Below are positions 41,842-52,643 of a DNA stretch of 64,000 nucleotides, piece after piece. The first letter of the stretch is position 1; each line of letters opens with the position of its first letter. The position numbers and the translations under genes are program-made. This DNA is from an uncultured Verrucomicrobiae bacterium. GTDB taxonomy: Bacteria > Verrucomicrobiota > Verrucomicrobiia > Chthoniobacterales > JAFAMB01. The DNA lies in assembly GCA_963789065.1 (NCBI GenBank), contig CAWBKA010000025.1, positions 13,211 to 77,210 on the forward strand, in the 5' to 3' direction. The notes beneath the pieces were generated by a model. That model worked only from the letters and a program-made list of their open reading frames with translations. It was not told the DNA's origin and did no database searches.

Positions 41842-44120
41842 TTAAGCGTTATCGGCATGAGGGCGCCGGGCGAACACACAAAAAGCCGGTCCATTCGGAT
41901 GGTCACGGGACTCTAAGCCGGTCTCGCAGGTGAAGCCTTCGTCCTCGAGGACCCCGAGGATGTCCTCACGCAACATCCAGACACTGCCCGCGCCAGATCC
42001 GCCACAGAAGCCTTTCCATTCCAGCGCCTTGAGATAGCGATAGTCGTAGAAATGGACGGTTCGCCCATGGGACGTTTTCGTGGTACGCGGCTTAAAGTCG
42101 AATTTAGATCTCAGATCCTCGCGAAGCTCGAGAATGTTTGGATCGAAGTAGTGCGTCCACAGCCCGAGAGCGTCACTGGCGGCTGCCAGGCGCTCCAATA
42201 ACCCAATGGGGTCGAGCATGTGATACAGCACGCCTGAGCCAGTATGAAGTCGAAGTGCGCACGATTCGTATTGAAGTATTTGGTGAAATCGCCGAGCAGG
42301 AAGGTGGCGCCGGAAATGGGAACTGCCTGTTTCACCACCAGGCAGCGCAGCCACGCGCGCAGATTCGACTCGATGGCTATCACCTCCGCGCCGCGCTGTG
42401 TCATCATGTACGTATGCCCTCCCTCCAGGGGGCCAAGCTCCAAGACCTTAACCCCCGCGAAGCCGCCAAGCTTTTCCTCGAACCAGAGGATACGCCCGTC
42501 TTCGAAAAGACCTATTTTTCCGGTGGGAAGACCCGGTACGGCAGAACTCCATTCGCCCTCGAATACCCATGCGGCATTCTCTGGCGCTGGGAACCAATCA
42601 ACAAAACATTGGGCAGCGGCCTGGGAATGGGCGGGAGCGGGCGGAGATAGAGCAGCAACGGGAAGAGCGGTCTGGGGAATTGCCCCGGGGGATTCTTTGG
42701 TCAGGAGCCAATCGATCTGGTCCTTAGTCTCGACCAGCGTGCGTTTGAGCAAGGCAAGGCGTTGCTCCGCGATATCGGCATCGGAGAGCGATGCTGCCCT
42801 GGCCGCTCCGCCGCGGCGAAGCCAAGCGAAGAACTCGCATCCATTGGCCGGCGTTACGCGATCCACGCACCAGTTCGTTTCACCCAACCTTGCGAGCTCG
42901 AGCAGAAGCAGTTCGAAGCTGGCTGGAGTGAAGCGCCATGCGTGAAGATCTACATAGTCTTCTCGTTTTTCAATCAAATCGAATAGCTTTCGGGCCTCTT
43001 CAACAGTGTGAAAGAAGCGCAATTCCTGGGTAGGTTGCTGCCCCCACGCCCCAACACCTCCATTGTTAACGGCGTAGGCAACATGGTCAAAAGCAACGCG
43101 TCGGGTATGGCGCGATCGCTGTTCCGCATGCGCCGCCAGTAACTGGCCCGTGGTAGTTAGTGGCTGGAAGTAATCGAAGCAGTATCGCTTATCGGGAATC
43201 GCGAGGGCCACCACGCCGTCAGCCTTCAGGAGTACGGCCGCAGAGTTGAGGAAGGCGATAAGGTTGGGTGTGTGTTCAATCACGTGGCTAGCAACCAAAG
43301 CGTCGAAAGTGCCGTGAAGCGCCTTTGGCACAGCATCAGCTAGCGGTCCGCCGGTCCAGATGAAGTCCACCTCCTCAATGCGGTTGACGTCAACCCCGGG
43401 TTGGCCGCGGTAATGCGCGATCAATTTCTCGCGGGTGGTGTGGTCCAGCGTTTTTGTATTCCATCCCCCGGCTTTTGGAGCGATCGGATTGTAACTAGGT
43501 CCGATTTCGATGATGTGCGCCTCGCGAGAGACTGGAGCGAGCAAGATTTGATCTCGGGTCCCCTGATTGTCGACGTTAATGCTACGGGAGATTTCGGATC
43601 CTTGCTGAGGCAGCCTTTTCGGTTCCGTGGTCTTCGTGCCGGTTGCACAATTTTCTGCCGTGGGAAAGTTCACATCACCAGGGGGCGATTTCGTGGCCAT
43701 TAGTTTCATCAATGCCCGCCAGTGATTTCTATCGAGGCGGCCGAGCTTTTCGCGTAGAAATCTCAACCGCCGTTTCGCCAAGGCCCGAAAGCCACCTCCG
43801 GTGAACACGTCGATCCTCTTCCGCAATTGCTCGACCCCGGACCAAGCTTGACTCAGCTGATAATTCACGTGCACCCGCTCCTGCTTAAACTGGAATGTTC
43901 CCTGATCTCCTTGCGGGCTATCGACCAAGTGCATCGAAAGAAGGCGCTTCCGTCGAATGCTCACTCGTCGGGATCTCTTAAATCCTTGTTCCAAGCACGC
44001 GATATTACCAAGCCGGTTCAACCGCATCAAGTGCAATATTTTAAGCTGTGTTGTATTTAATCGAAGTTGATTGAGCCAAGCGGCTCGCATGGCGCATTGC
44101 ATAGTAGAGGCGCTTGTCAT
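41842..44120 (-). CDS. Tandem SAM-dependent methyltransferase protein (two MTase domains; frameshift near 42240; start uncertain)
   Basis: IIEIGPSYNP, ASHVIEHTPNL, IPDKRYCFD; KVLELGPLEGGHT, GVLYHMLDP, FCGG. Confidence 0.78.
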
Positions 44121-44144
44121 TGACAGTGGTTTGGATCATGCCGA

Positions 44145-45008
44145 ATGAAACTGCTTGAACTCCATGAGGTCGCAGTTTGGGATACCGTCGTGAATATTCG
44201 AAATCGCTTTGTCCGCCTATCGGCTTGGCTGGCGTTTGCGGGGGTCATTCTTACAAGCGTCCGGGCTTTGGCCGCCGGCGAAGATGCTCAAAATACCCCT
44301 ACTCCAACGCTGACAATCGCTGCTGCGGCCGACCTGAGGTTCGCCCTGGATGATTTGGTGAAGGAATTTGAGGAGAAGAATCCGGCCACCAGAATCAACG
44401 TCACCTATGGTTCTTCCGGCAACTTCTTCGCCCAGCTTCAGAACGGTGCACCATTCGATCTCTTCTTTTCAGCCGACATCGCTTACCCGCGGAAGCTTGC
44501 TGAGAAAGGCCTGGGTGCCGATGAGGTTTTCCTTTACGCCATCGGCTGCATCGTCGTCTGGGTGCCAAAGGATTCACCGGTGGCGGTCGACAAGCTTGGG
44601 ATTAAGGCGCTGTTGGAGCCGTCAATCCGCAAGATCGCGGTGGCCAATCCGGAGCACGCGCCTTATGGTCGCGCGGCAGTGGCGGCATTGAAAGCACTCA
44701 ATGTTTACAACCAGGTCGCATCACGACTGGTTTATGGGGAAAACATTGCGCAGACTGCGCAATTTGTGCAAAGCGGGGGGGCCGATGTTGGCCTTCTCGC
44801 ACTTTCACTGGCGGTCGCTCCGCAGATGCGGGATGCGGGGCGATTCTGGCAGGTGCCACTTGAGACCTATCCTCGAATGGAACAAGGAGGGATAATTCTC
44901 AAAACGACAAAGAATCTCGAGACGGCGCGAGCTTTTCGGGACTTTGTCCTGGGCGACCATGGACGGGAAGTTCTAAAGAGCTACGGCTTTGACCTACCGG
45001 AAAAATAA
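44145..45008 (+). CDS. modA: Molybdate ABC transporter substrate-binding protein
   Basis: IAAAADL, YGSSGNF, NGAPFDLFFSAD, ANPEHAPYGRAA, GENIAQ. Confidence 0.95.
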   Translation: MKLLELHEVAVWDTVVNIRNRFVRLSAWLAFAGVILTSVRALAAGEDAQNTPTPTLTIAAAADLRFALDDLVKEFEEKNPATRINVTYGSSGNFFAQLQNGAPFDLFFSADIAYPRKLAEKGLGADEVFLYAIGCIVVWVPKDSPVAVDKLGIKALLEPSIRKIAVANPEHAPYGRAAVAALKALNVYNQVASRLVYGENIAQTAQFVQSGGADVGLLALSLAVAPQMRDAGRFWQVPLETYPRMEQGGIILKTTKNLETARAFRDFVLGDHGREVLKSYGFDLPEK

Positions 45009-45011
45009 TAG

Positions 45012-45686
45012 ATGGACTGGCGCGCTATTGAGCTCAGTTTGCGACTTTCGGCTCTGACCACGTTCATACTGTTGATGCTTGGCTTGCCACTCGCTTCCTG
45101 GTTAGCTTTGTCCCGCTGGCGGTGGAAATTTTTCGTGGAAGCCGTTGTCGCCTTGCCCATTGTGCTTCCCCCGACGGTCTTAGGATTCTACGTGCTAATC
45201 GCAATCGGGCCGCACAGTCCGATCGGGCAAGCATATCTGGCAATCACTGGACGAGGACTGCCCTTTTCGTTCCAGGGTCTTCTAGTGGCTTCGGTGCTTT
45301 ACAGTCTGCCATTTGCCGTGCAGCCCTTTACAGCCGCGATTTCGACTGTCGATCGGCGATTGATCGAGGCTTCGTGGTGCCTTGGCAGAGGCTGGCTGGC
45401 AACGTTCTTCCGCATAACATTACCGCTGGCCTGGCCAGGGGTGCTGACCGGAGTGGTGCTGAGTTTTGCCCACACTCTAGGCGAATTCGGCGTCGTCTTG
45501 ATGATCGGAGGCAATCTTGCGGGGATTACCCGAACAATTTCTATTTCTATCTACGATCAGGTACAGGCACTCAACTATGGGGCTGCGAATCAGACTGCCC
45601 TGGCGCTGCTGCTGTTCTCTTTCCTGGTTCTCGCGATCACTTACGGACTGCAACGGAGGGGTATTGCGGTATGGCCAATGCATTGA
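45012..45686 (+). CDS. modB: Molybdate ABC transporter permease
   Basis: LPIVLPPTVLGFY, SLPFAVQP, FAHTLGEFGVVLMIGGN. Confidence 0.95.
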   Translation: MDWRAIELSLRLSALTTFILLMLGLPLASWLALSRWRWKFFVEAVVALPIVLPPTVLGFYVLIAIGPHSPIGQAYLAITGRGLPFSFQGLLVASVLYSLPFAVQPFTAAISTVDRRLIEASWCLGRGWLATFFRITLPLAWPGVLTGVVLSFAHTLGEFGVVLMIGGNLAGITRTISISIYDQVQALNYGAANQTALALLLFSFLVLAITYGLQRRGIAVWPMH

Positions 45687-46771
45687 CCCTGCGGCTTCGG
45701 AAGACATTTCCAAAAGGTCCGCGGATCGATGCTGATTTAAAGGTCGAACTCCATCCTCCGATCGTTACCGTGCTATTTGGTCCATCGGGCTCTGGTAAAA
45801 CGACGATCCTTCGCGCGCTCGCGGGACTCGAGCGATCGGCGAACTGTGACATTCAGTTTGGCCGGGAGACCTGGGCAGATGACAAAAATGGCCTGTTTCT
45901 TCCACCCCAGCGGCGTCACATCGGCTATCTCTTCCAGGATTACGCGCTTTTCCCCCATTTGACAGTGGCGGAGAATATCCGTTACGGCTTGGGTGATCTG
46001 TCCGGCAACGAATGCCAACTCCGGACTTCGGATCTATTGGAACGCTTTCAACTTCAAGATCTTGCGGCGCGTTATCCCCATCAGCTTTCCGGCGGCCAGA
46101 AGCAGCGTGTTGCTCTGGCCCGCACGCTGGCGCCCCAGCCGCGATTGCTCCTGCTTGACGAACCACTCTCCGCTCTGGACGGCCCGACCCGAGAAATGTT
46201 GCGCGCCGAACTGCGTCACCTGCTCAGCTCCCTGAAGATTCCCGTTCTCCTGGTCACTCATGATCGGGTGGAAGCTCTCGCGCTTGGAGACCAAGTCGCT
46301 ATCGTGAATGAAGGACAAATCGTTCAACACGCGTCGATTGAGGAAGTTTTTTGTCGACCATTAACACCGGCCATAGCGAAGATCGTAGCAGTCGAGACTG
46401 TCCAACTCGCTCGCGTCCTGCAAGCGGACGAGGAGCTGGTCACCGTGGCTGTTGGAGAGGCCCACCTAATCGCCGTGGCCTCACACTTCCCCTTGGGTGT
46501 CAGAGAGGCTTTCGTCTGCATTAGAGCCGAGAATGTTCTGCTGCTGAAGGGTATCGAAGCGGTGTCAGCCAGCGCGAGAAACCGGCTTCCAGGAACCGTG
46601 AAATCTCTTACCCGCGAAGGAGCGATGTGGCGCATCGAACTCGAGTGTGGATTCGAGCTGGCGGCTCTCTTAACCCGTCAGGCCTGCGAGGAATTAGCTC
46701 TGCAAGAGAACGACCATGTGCTAGCGATGATCAAAGCTACCAACGTGCACTTGATTGCGCGCCCCACCTAA
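45671..46771 (+). CDS. modC: Molybdate ABC transporter ATP-binding protein with TOBE domain
   Basis: GPSGSGKT, FQDYALFPHL, LSGGQKQR, LLLDEP, SARNRL, AMIKA. Confidence 0.93.
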   Translation: MANALTLRLRKTFPKGPRIDADLKVELHPPIVTVLFGPSGSGKTTILRALAGLERSANCDIQFGRETWADDKNGLFLPPQRRHIGYLFQDYALFPHLTVAENIRYGLGDLSGNECQLRTSDLLERFQLQDLAARYPHQLSGGQKQRVALARTLAPQPRLLLLDEPLSALDGPTREMLRAELRHLLSSLKIPVLLVTHDRVEALALGDQVAIVNEGQIVQHASIEEVFCRPLTPAIAKIVAVETVQLARVLQADEELVTVAVGEAHLIAVASHFPLGVREAFVCIRAENVLLLKGIEAVSASARNRLPGTVKSLTREGAMWRIELECGFELAALLTRQACEELALQENDHVLAMIKATNVHLIARPT

Positions 46772-46847
46772 CCATCGCTCCCATTGTCCAAGACCAGAAA
46801 AGCGGAGGCTTGCCGAAGGAGGGTTTCTTGCGCAACGAGAAGGATAA

Positions 46848-47066
46848 ATGTCCGTTCCTGACGTTACCAACGCGGTTTTACAGTGGCCCTTTCTGCCGAC
46901 CTTAGGGCGATTAGCACTCGCCTTGGGCACTGGCGCCTTTGTCGGACTGGAACGCGAACACCGCGGCAAAGCTGGCGCCAGAACATTCACCTTCGCCAGC
47001 TTGATCGGTTGCCTGGGCGGACTTCTGGGAAATTCCTACGCGCTATTGGGATTACCCCAGGGATGA
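46848..47066 (+). pseudogene. 5' fragment of an MgtC/SapB (DUF4010-associated) membrane protein gene, cut by the repeat cluster
   Basis: RLALALGTGAFVGLEREHRGKAGARTF. Confidence 0.72.
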
Positions 47067-47740
47067 ATGGCACGAAGATAAGGATGTTCTGGGATGGTTC
47101 TTCGTCCCGAAGTGACAGGAGGATCCAGCCCAGGAGCTCGAAGATAGTGCGAGGCACTCGATGGCGATTGGTTTTGTCCCGGAGGGACAGCACGATAGTA
47201 GACAGGCACGAAGTGCCTGGAATCACGAGGAAAATGGCATCGACCGTCCCTCCGGGACGGAGCCGCTTTAGGTCGATACCCGAGGCACTTCGTGCCTGGC
47301 TGCTATCAGCCTGTCCCTCCGGGACAAAAGCCATTCAGTTCTTAACGTCGCCCAGGGATAAATTCCTGGGCTGAGCTTTGTAGCCCCTGCGGGGCAAAGA
47401 ACGCGGACGCTCAAGAACGAAAGCGAGGACAGCTCACCTTCCTCGGAAAACCGAGACACTCGGCCCAGAATATCCTTATCTTAGTTAGCGCCATTCATCC
47501 CTGGGAACTCCCACGACGCGGTGCGTCCTGAAGGGACGCCAGACGGTGAGCGTGTCGCAGCGACCGAAATTGCCACTGCGATCGACAGCCAAAAAGAAGT
47601 TCGTCCCGCTCCCATTGCCTCTTAAGCCCTTTCAGGGCTCGTTCACAACATTATTTCCCAGGGTTAAAACCCTGGGCTAAGTTTTGTAGCCCCTTCGGGG
47701 CAAAAACCGTCCCAAACCCTCCTTATCTTCGTGCCATTCA
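47064..47740. mobile_element. 677-bp non-coding MITE-like composite with perfect 21-bp terminal IRs and CCCCAGGGA direct repeats; cargo is REP families C and A
   Basis: TGAATGGCACGAAGATAAGGA (47064-47084) and TCCTTATCTTCGTGCCATTCA (47720-47740); CCCCAGGGA at 47055-47063 and 47741-47749. Confidence 0.78.
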
Positions 47741-48081
47741 CCCCAGGGATAACCCCAGGGATTTGTACCTGTTTAGTTGTTTAGTTTAGCGTCGATCATA
47801 CGTCCCGAAGGGCCGTGGGTCTCAACCCTGAAACCGACCTGGCGAGCTAGCTAGTTATAGCTAGCTAGCTAACAACGGGCTAAGAACCCGAGGACGAGCT
47901 CGAGGACGATTGGGGCACGATTGCGAGAAACGAGCGGTCAAGTACCAGCTTTCGTCGAGATCCCTTCCCTCGCCTCTCCAATTCTCCAACAATTGCTTTC
48001 GCACTTTACTCGTACTATTAAGGCCGCTTTTGACCGCATTGTTGCAGGCTTTGTGAACAGGCCACGTCGGCCAGCACGTCC

Positions 48082-49077
48082 CTAACGCGCTTTTGGCGGC
48101 TCTTTTCGTTTTCGCCCTAGCTGCTGGCTGACATTCGCCGCACTTTTCATTCGAAGCCGTTCCGCAATCCAGCCTTGTGATACCGTGGTGTGGCGATGGA
48201 CGGATTCCGCAATCGCTACTTTACGCCGATCGCTGCCCGGTAACTCCTCCAGAGTCTCCTCTCCTAGTTTGTATTTCTTTAAACCTTTTCGGACCAGGTT
48301 TTCCGCTTCTTCCTGCGCGTGATCTCGCCCCATCTGACTCGTCTGATAGTTCCGATTGCGTTTTACCGCCTTGCGATTTGCTCGACTCAGCAACGCTTCT
48401 TTAAATTGTTCTGTTCCCCAGTACCAGCCTCGGGTCAGCGTACTTTGCAGACTTTGATTCCCAGGTTGTTTGGGCACGCCCTCGCCTTCCAATCCCTTCG
48501 CCTCAATCCGGGCCAAATACTCCCGCCGGCCCTTCACCGTATCCTTGATCCCGACGATCCCAAATCCTTCCTCTGTCTTCATCCATTCGGGTCGCTGACC
48601 CGCCGCCACCAGGTAGCCGCTGGCCAAGCTGCTCCATCGGTATTCGCTCAGACTCTGCTCTCCGGTCAGTTTGATCAGTCCGGCCCTGACGGGATTCAGA
48701 TGCACGTAGTCGATCAAGTTACTCAAATACTCGCCGTGCCCAAACTCGACGCCTTCGACCAGTACAGCTTTGTATCGACCTCCGAAGAGATGACCCCACA
48801 ACTGGTGCCGTCGATTAAATCGTCGAGTGTAGGTATTCTGCATCCAACGCATTCCGGCCACCAGATTCCCCTCCGGGGTTTCGATCACCCAATGATAGTG
48901 ATTGTCCATCAGTACCCAGGCATGAATCAGCCACCCGGTCTTCCCGCACGCCTCCCCCAAGGTATCGATCAAGCTATTTCGATCAATCTCATCATGGACA
49001 ATCCGTTCCTCTCGATCCCCTTTCGCCATGACATGGTAAATCGCTCCGGGATACTCAATCCGTAGTTGCCGAGCCAT
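48082..49077 (-). CDS. Second REP-associated tyrosine transposase (RAYT) with C-terminal HTH
   Basis: MARQLRIEYPGAIYHVMAKGD, AWVLMDNHYH, GHLFGGRYKAVLV, YVHLNPVRAGL, YRWSS, VSQGWIAERLRMKSAANVSQ. Confidence 0.92.
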   Translation of the reverse strand: MARQLRIEYPGAIYHVMAKGDREERIVHDEIDRNSLIDTLGEACGKTGWLIHAWVLMDNHYHWVIETPEGNLVAGMRWMQNTYTRRFNRRHQLWGHLFGGRYKAVLVEGVEFGHGEYLSNLIDYVHLNPVRAGLIKLTGEQSLSEYRWSSLASGYLVAAGQRPEWMKTEEGFGIVGIKDTVKGRREYLARIEAKGLEGEGVPKQPGNQSLQSTLTRGWYWGTEQFKEALLSRANRKAVKRNRNYQTSQMGRDHAQEEAENLVRKGLKKYKLGEETLEELPGSDRRKVAIAESVHRHTTVSQGWIAERLRMKSAANVSQQLGRKRKEPPKAR

Positions 49078-49127
49078 CCCTGCTCTTCTCACCTTGAGGT
49101 CGGCTTGTCAAGATTTGTTGACTGACC

Positions 49128-50387
49128 CTAAACCTTGACTCGTTCGATCCTGGCCCCGAGTCCTTCGAGCTTTTCATCGATCATTTCGTACCCGCGATCG
49201 ATGTGGTAAACGCGATTGATTTCGGTCGTCCCGTCGGCCAACAAACCGGCGAGAATCAAGGCGGCAGAGGCACGGAGATCGCTGGCCATCACTGGCGCAC
49301 CGCTCAAATTATCGACCCCGCGAATGTTCGCGGTGGCACCATTCAGCTCGATGGCAGCCCCCATTCGTTTCAACTCAGAAACGTGCATGAAACGTTGAGG
49401 AAAGATACTCTCGGTGACCGAACTCTCCCCTGCCGCGGTCGAGAGAAGAGCGCACATCTGGGCCTGCATATCCGTGGGGAAACCTGGATAAGGCTGGGTC
49501 TTCAGATGCAAAGGTTTGAGGCTTCCATTGGCGTGAATAGTCAGCGAACCGTTGGTTCCACCAATATAAAATCCGCAAGCCAGCAGGGCATCGGTTACTG
49601 CGGCCAAATGGTCTGATCTGACCCGGTTGACGGTGACTTGCCTGCCTGCGATAGCACCGGCGATCAGGAATGTCCCGGCCTCAATTCGATCCGGGATGAC
49701 CTCATGTTCCGCGCCATGCAATTCTTTCACACCCTCGATCTCGATGCGAGTCGTCCCAGCCCCTTTAACGTTCGCGCCCATTTTGTTGAGAAAGTTTGCC
49801 AGATCAACAACCTCCGGCTCGCAGGCTGCGTCTTCGATGATGGTCGTGCCATCGGCGAGAACCGCGGCCATCATGACGTTATCGGTGCCTAGAACCGTCG
49901 AGCCGAACTTGCCCTTCAGCGAAATCGTCGCTCCATGAAGGGAAGGAGCAAAAATCTTGACGTTACCGCTATGAACTCGCACCGCGGCGCCCAGCGCTTC
50001 AAAACCCCGAAGATGGAGGTCAATTGGACGATCTCCGATCACGCAGCCCCCCGGTAGTGATACGGTAGCCTCTTTTTCCCGTCCCAGAAGCGGCCCCAAC
50101 ACGCAAACCGAGGCGCGCATCTTTCGGACGATTTCATAAGGAGCCACGCTGTTGACCTGTGCCGCTCTCACCGTCACGATCCCGCTGGCTCGCTCCACCT
50201 CAGCCCCCAAATGGGCCAGAATCTGGAGCATATAATGGACATCACTCAGATCAGGCACCCGCTGGATAACACAGGGATCCTTGGTCAGCAAAGTCGCGGC
50301 CAGAATCGGTAAGGCCGAGTTCTTCGACCCACTGATCTTGACCGTTCCCGCTAAAGGATGCCCCCCATAAACGACAATTTTATCCAT
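49128..50387 (-). CDS. murA: UDP-N-acetylglucosamine 1-carboxyvinyltransferase
   Basis: SGSKNSALP, KMRAS, LPGGCVIGDRPIDLH, PDRIEAGT, YPGFPTDMQ, DLRASA, HIDRGY. Confidence 0.97.
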   Translation of the reverse strand: MDKIVVYGGHPLAGTVKISGSKNSALPILAATLLTKDPCVIQRVPDLSDVHYMLQILAHLGAEVERASGIVTVRAAQVNSVAPYEIVRKMRASVCVLGPLLGREKEATVSLPGGCVIGDRPIDLHLRGFEALGAAVRVHSGNVKIFAPSLHGATISLKGKFGSTVLGTDNVMMAAVLADGTTIIEDAACEPEVVDLANFLNKMGANVKGAGTTRIEIEGVKELHGAEHEVIPDRIEAGTFLIAGAIAGRQVTVNRVRSDHLAAVTDALLACGFYIGGTNGSLTIHANGSLKPLHLKTQPYPGFPTDMQAQMCALLSTAAGESSVTESIFPQRFMHVSELKRMGAAIELNGATANIRGVDNLSGAPVMASDLRASAALILAGLLADGTTEINRVYHIDRGYEMIDEKLEGLGARIERVKV

Positions 50388-51224
50388 ACCTGGCGATGAG
50401 GATTCGCTCGACTTCCTGGTAATCCTTCATAATTGAAATGTCCCGATAGTTTTGGCGAGCCAAATAATTCGCAACGCGTTCTGCCTGACCCTGCCCAACT
50501 TCAAGAGCGACCAGACCGTTTGACGCGATTTTGCCAGGAATTGATTCAATCAGCCTTTTAATAATCGTCAATCCATCTTCGCCCCCGTCGAGGGCGAGGG
50601 GGGATCGAATCGCACCTCGCGTTGCAATCCCGGAATATCTGCTGCAGGGATGTAGGGAAGGTTCGCGACAATCCAATGAAACGGGCCGTCGATCCGATCG
50701 AGCAGATCTGACTTGGAGAACGCGATTCGATCTTTGACCCCAAGACTGGCCGCGTTCTCTCGAGCCAACGCGAGCGCATCTTCCGAGATATCCACCGCGA
50801 CAACCTCGAGTTGTGGCTGCTCCAGCGCAAAGGTAATGGCCAGGATGCCGCTCCCAGTGCCGACATCGACCATTCGGGTCGCTTCGGACCCACCGGTGGC
50901 CAGATTCTTCAGGACTGTCTCAACCAGAAGCTCTGTTTCCGGCCGTGGGATCAGAGCGCGGCGATCGGTCTTGAATTTGCGCCCCCAAAAATCCCAGTGA
51001 CCCAAAAGATGCTGCAACGGCTCGCCCTCCGCCCGTCTTCGCACCTTTTCACGCAGGGGTACCAGCTCACGCTCGGACAGGGGCCGATCAAATTCGAGGT
51101 AGAGTTCGATCCGCTTCTTGCCGAGGGCGTCCGCTAAAAGATGCTCGATGTTTAAGCGCGGGTGTTCGACTTGCTTCTTGGCGAAGTACGCCGCCGTGTT
51201 TTGGAGGACTTCAAGAACGGTCAC
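50380..51224 (-). CDS. prmC: Release factor glutamine methyltransferase (frameshift in a C/G run near 50600)
   Basis: [32 protein letters not shown], then ALDGGEDGL...EVGQGQ in the next frame. Confidence 0.92.
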
Positions 51225-52309
51225 GCCGAAGCCGCTTCTAATCCCGCTTCTTTGAGCCGCTGCTCCATGTCGCTGACCTGCAGTCCGGTCACCATCTCGT
51301 CAAGTTGGCCCTCCATAAAAAGGTCCAGATTGTAGAGTGTCAGGCCGATTCGATGATCAGTAACGCGGTTCTGCGGAAAATTGTAGGTCCGAATTTTTTC
51401 TTCTCGACCGCCAGATCCGATCAGGCTTCGCCGGTGAGCCGAATACTTCTCGGCTTCCGCGAGCTGCTTTTCCTCGAGCAATCTGGAACGAAGGATAGCT
51501 AAAGCTTTCTCCTTATTCTTCTGTTGGCTGCGGCCATCCTGACAACGGACGATCTTACCCGTGGGAAGATGCAGGACCTGAACCGCAGAGTCGGTCGTGT
51601 TGACTCCCTGACCGCCTGGTCCCCCGGAGCGGCTCACCTCGATGCGAAGATCTTCGGGCCTGATTTCGATATCAACCTCCTCAGCCTCAGGGAGGACTGC
51701 CACCGTTGCCGTCGAAGTGTGAATTCGGCCCTGAGCTTCCGTCATCGGTACCCGCTGCACGCGATGAACGCCGCTCTCGTAACGCAATACTCGAAAGACG
51801 GACGCGCCACTGACCTTGAAGATGATTTCCTTGAGCCCTCCCAGCTCCGAGGCACTGCTTTCCAATTCCTCGATCTTGAATCCGTGCGGCTCGGCATACT
51901 TGCTGTACATTCGGTACAAATCAGCGGCAAACAAAGCAGCTTCACTCCCGCCTGTCCCTGCCCGAATCTCCATGATGGCGTCGCGATCTTCGTGCGGCTC
52001 GGGAGGCAATAGTGAGTACTGAACCGATCGGGTGAGCTCACTCACCCGCTTTTCCAAAGCCGGAATCTCGCCTTGGGCCAGTTCGGCCAGTTCGGCGTCG
52101 GGGCCGACTGCCAGTTCGCGATTTTCTTCCAGTTCGCGGGCGCTTTTCTCCAGAACCGCCCAATTCTCCACCAGAGTTTTCAGCGCGGCATGTTCACGCA
52201 GTACTTCCCTGGCTCGCTTCGGATTTTCAAAAAGCGAAGACGAGGCGACTTGGTTCGCCAATTCTTGGAACCGCCTCCGCTTCTGCTCGATTAGAAAGCC
52301 AAAATCCAT
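51221..52309 (-). CDS. prfA: Peptide chain release factor 1
   Basis: [22 protein letters not shown] (PxT), [18 protein letters not shown]. Confidence 0.97.
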   Translation of the reverse strand: MDFGFLIEQKRRRFQELANQVASSSLFENPKRAREVLREHAALKTLVENWAVLEKSARELEENRELAVGPDAELAELAQGEIPALEKRVSELTRSVQYSLLPPEPHEDRDAIMEIRAGTGGSEAALFAADLYRMYSKYAEPHGFKIEELESSASELGGLKEIIFKVSGASVFRVLRYESGVHRVQRVPMTEAQGRIHTSTATVAVLPEAEEVDIEIRPEDLRIEVSRSGGPGGQGVNTTDSAVQVLHLPTGKIVRCQDGRSQQKNKEKALAILRSRLLEEKQLAEAEKYSAHRRSLIGSGGREEKIRTYNFPQNRVTDHRIGLTLYNLDLFMEGQLDEMVTGLQVSDMEQRLKEAGLEAASA

Positions 52310-52316
52310 GAAAATC

Positions 52317-52353
52317 AAAACGGTGAAAACGCGAAAAGCGTCCTCACCGTTTT
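52317..52353. terminator. Hairpin between rpmE and prfA
   Basis: AAAACGGTGA...TCACCGTTTT stem. Confidence 0.4.
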
Positions 52354-52372
52354 CAAAGACGATTGCAAAAAT

Positions 52373-52597
52373 TTACTTCGACTTGCTCCTGCCCAGGAGT
52401 GTCTTACCGTATCGCCGAGTGAATTTTTCGACGCGCCCAGCCGTGTCGACGAATTTCTGTTCCCCGGTAAAAAACGGATGGCAGGCGGCACAAATGCCGA
52501 TTTTGATATCACGCCGAGTCGACCGAGTGTGATAGACGGCACCACAAGCACAGACGATGGTCGTCTCGACGTATTTCGGATGAATGTCAGCCTTCAT
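52373..52597 (-). CDS. rpmE: 50S ribosomal protein L31 (Zn-binding type)
   Basis: [32 protein letters not shown]. Confidence 0.97.
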   Translation of the reverse strand: MKADIHPKYVETTIVCACGAVYHTRSTRRDIKIGICAACHPFFTGEQKFVDTAGRVEKFTRRYGKTLLGRSKSK

Positions 52598-52643
52598 GTC
52601 AATAAAAAGAAAACCAACCTATCACAGAGTTCAGGCAGCGCAA

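Noticed and set aside
44030-44145. Moco riboswitch or ModE box upstream of modA
   Set aside because: No matching consensus was recognisable.
45122-45670. 549-aa ORF suggesting a long N-terminal extension of ModC
   Set aside because: The extension is an alternate frame of modB; ModC most likely starts at ATG 45671.
50590-50610. Programmed frameshift or phase variation in prmC
   Set aside because: A homopolymer indel in an error-rich sequence is far more likely.
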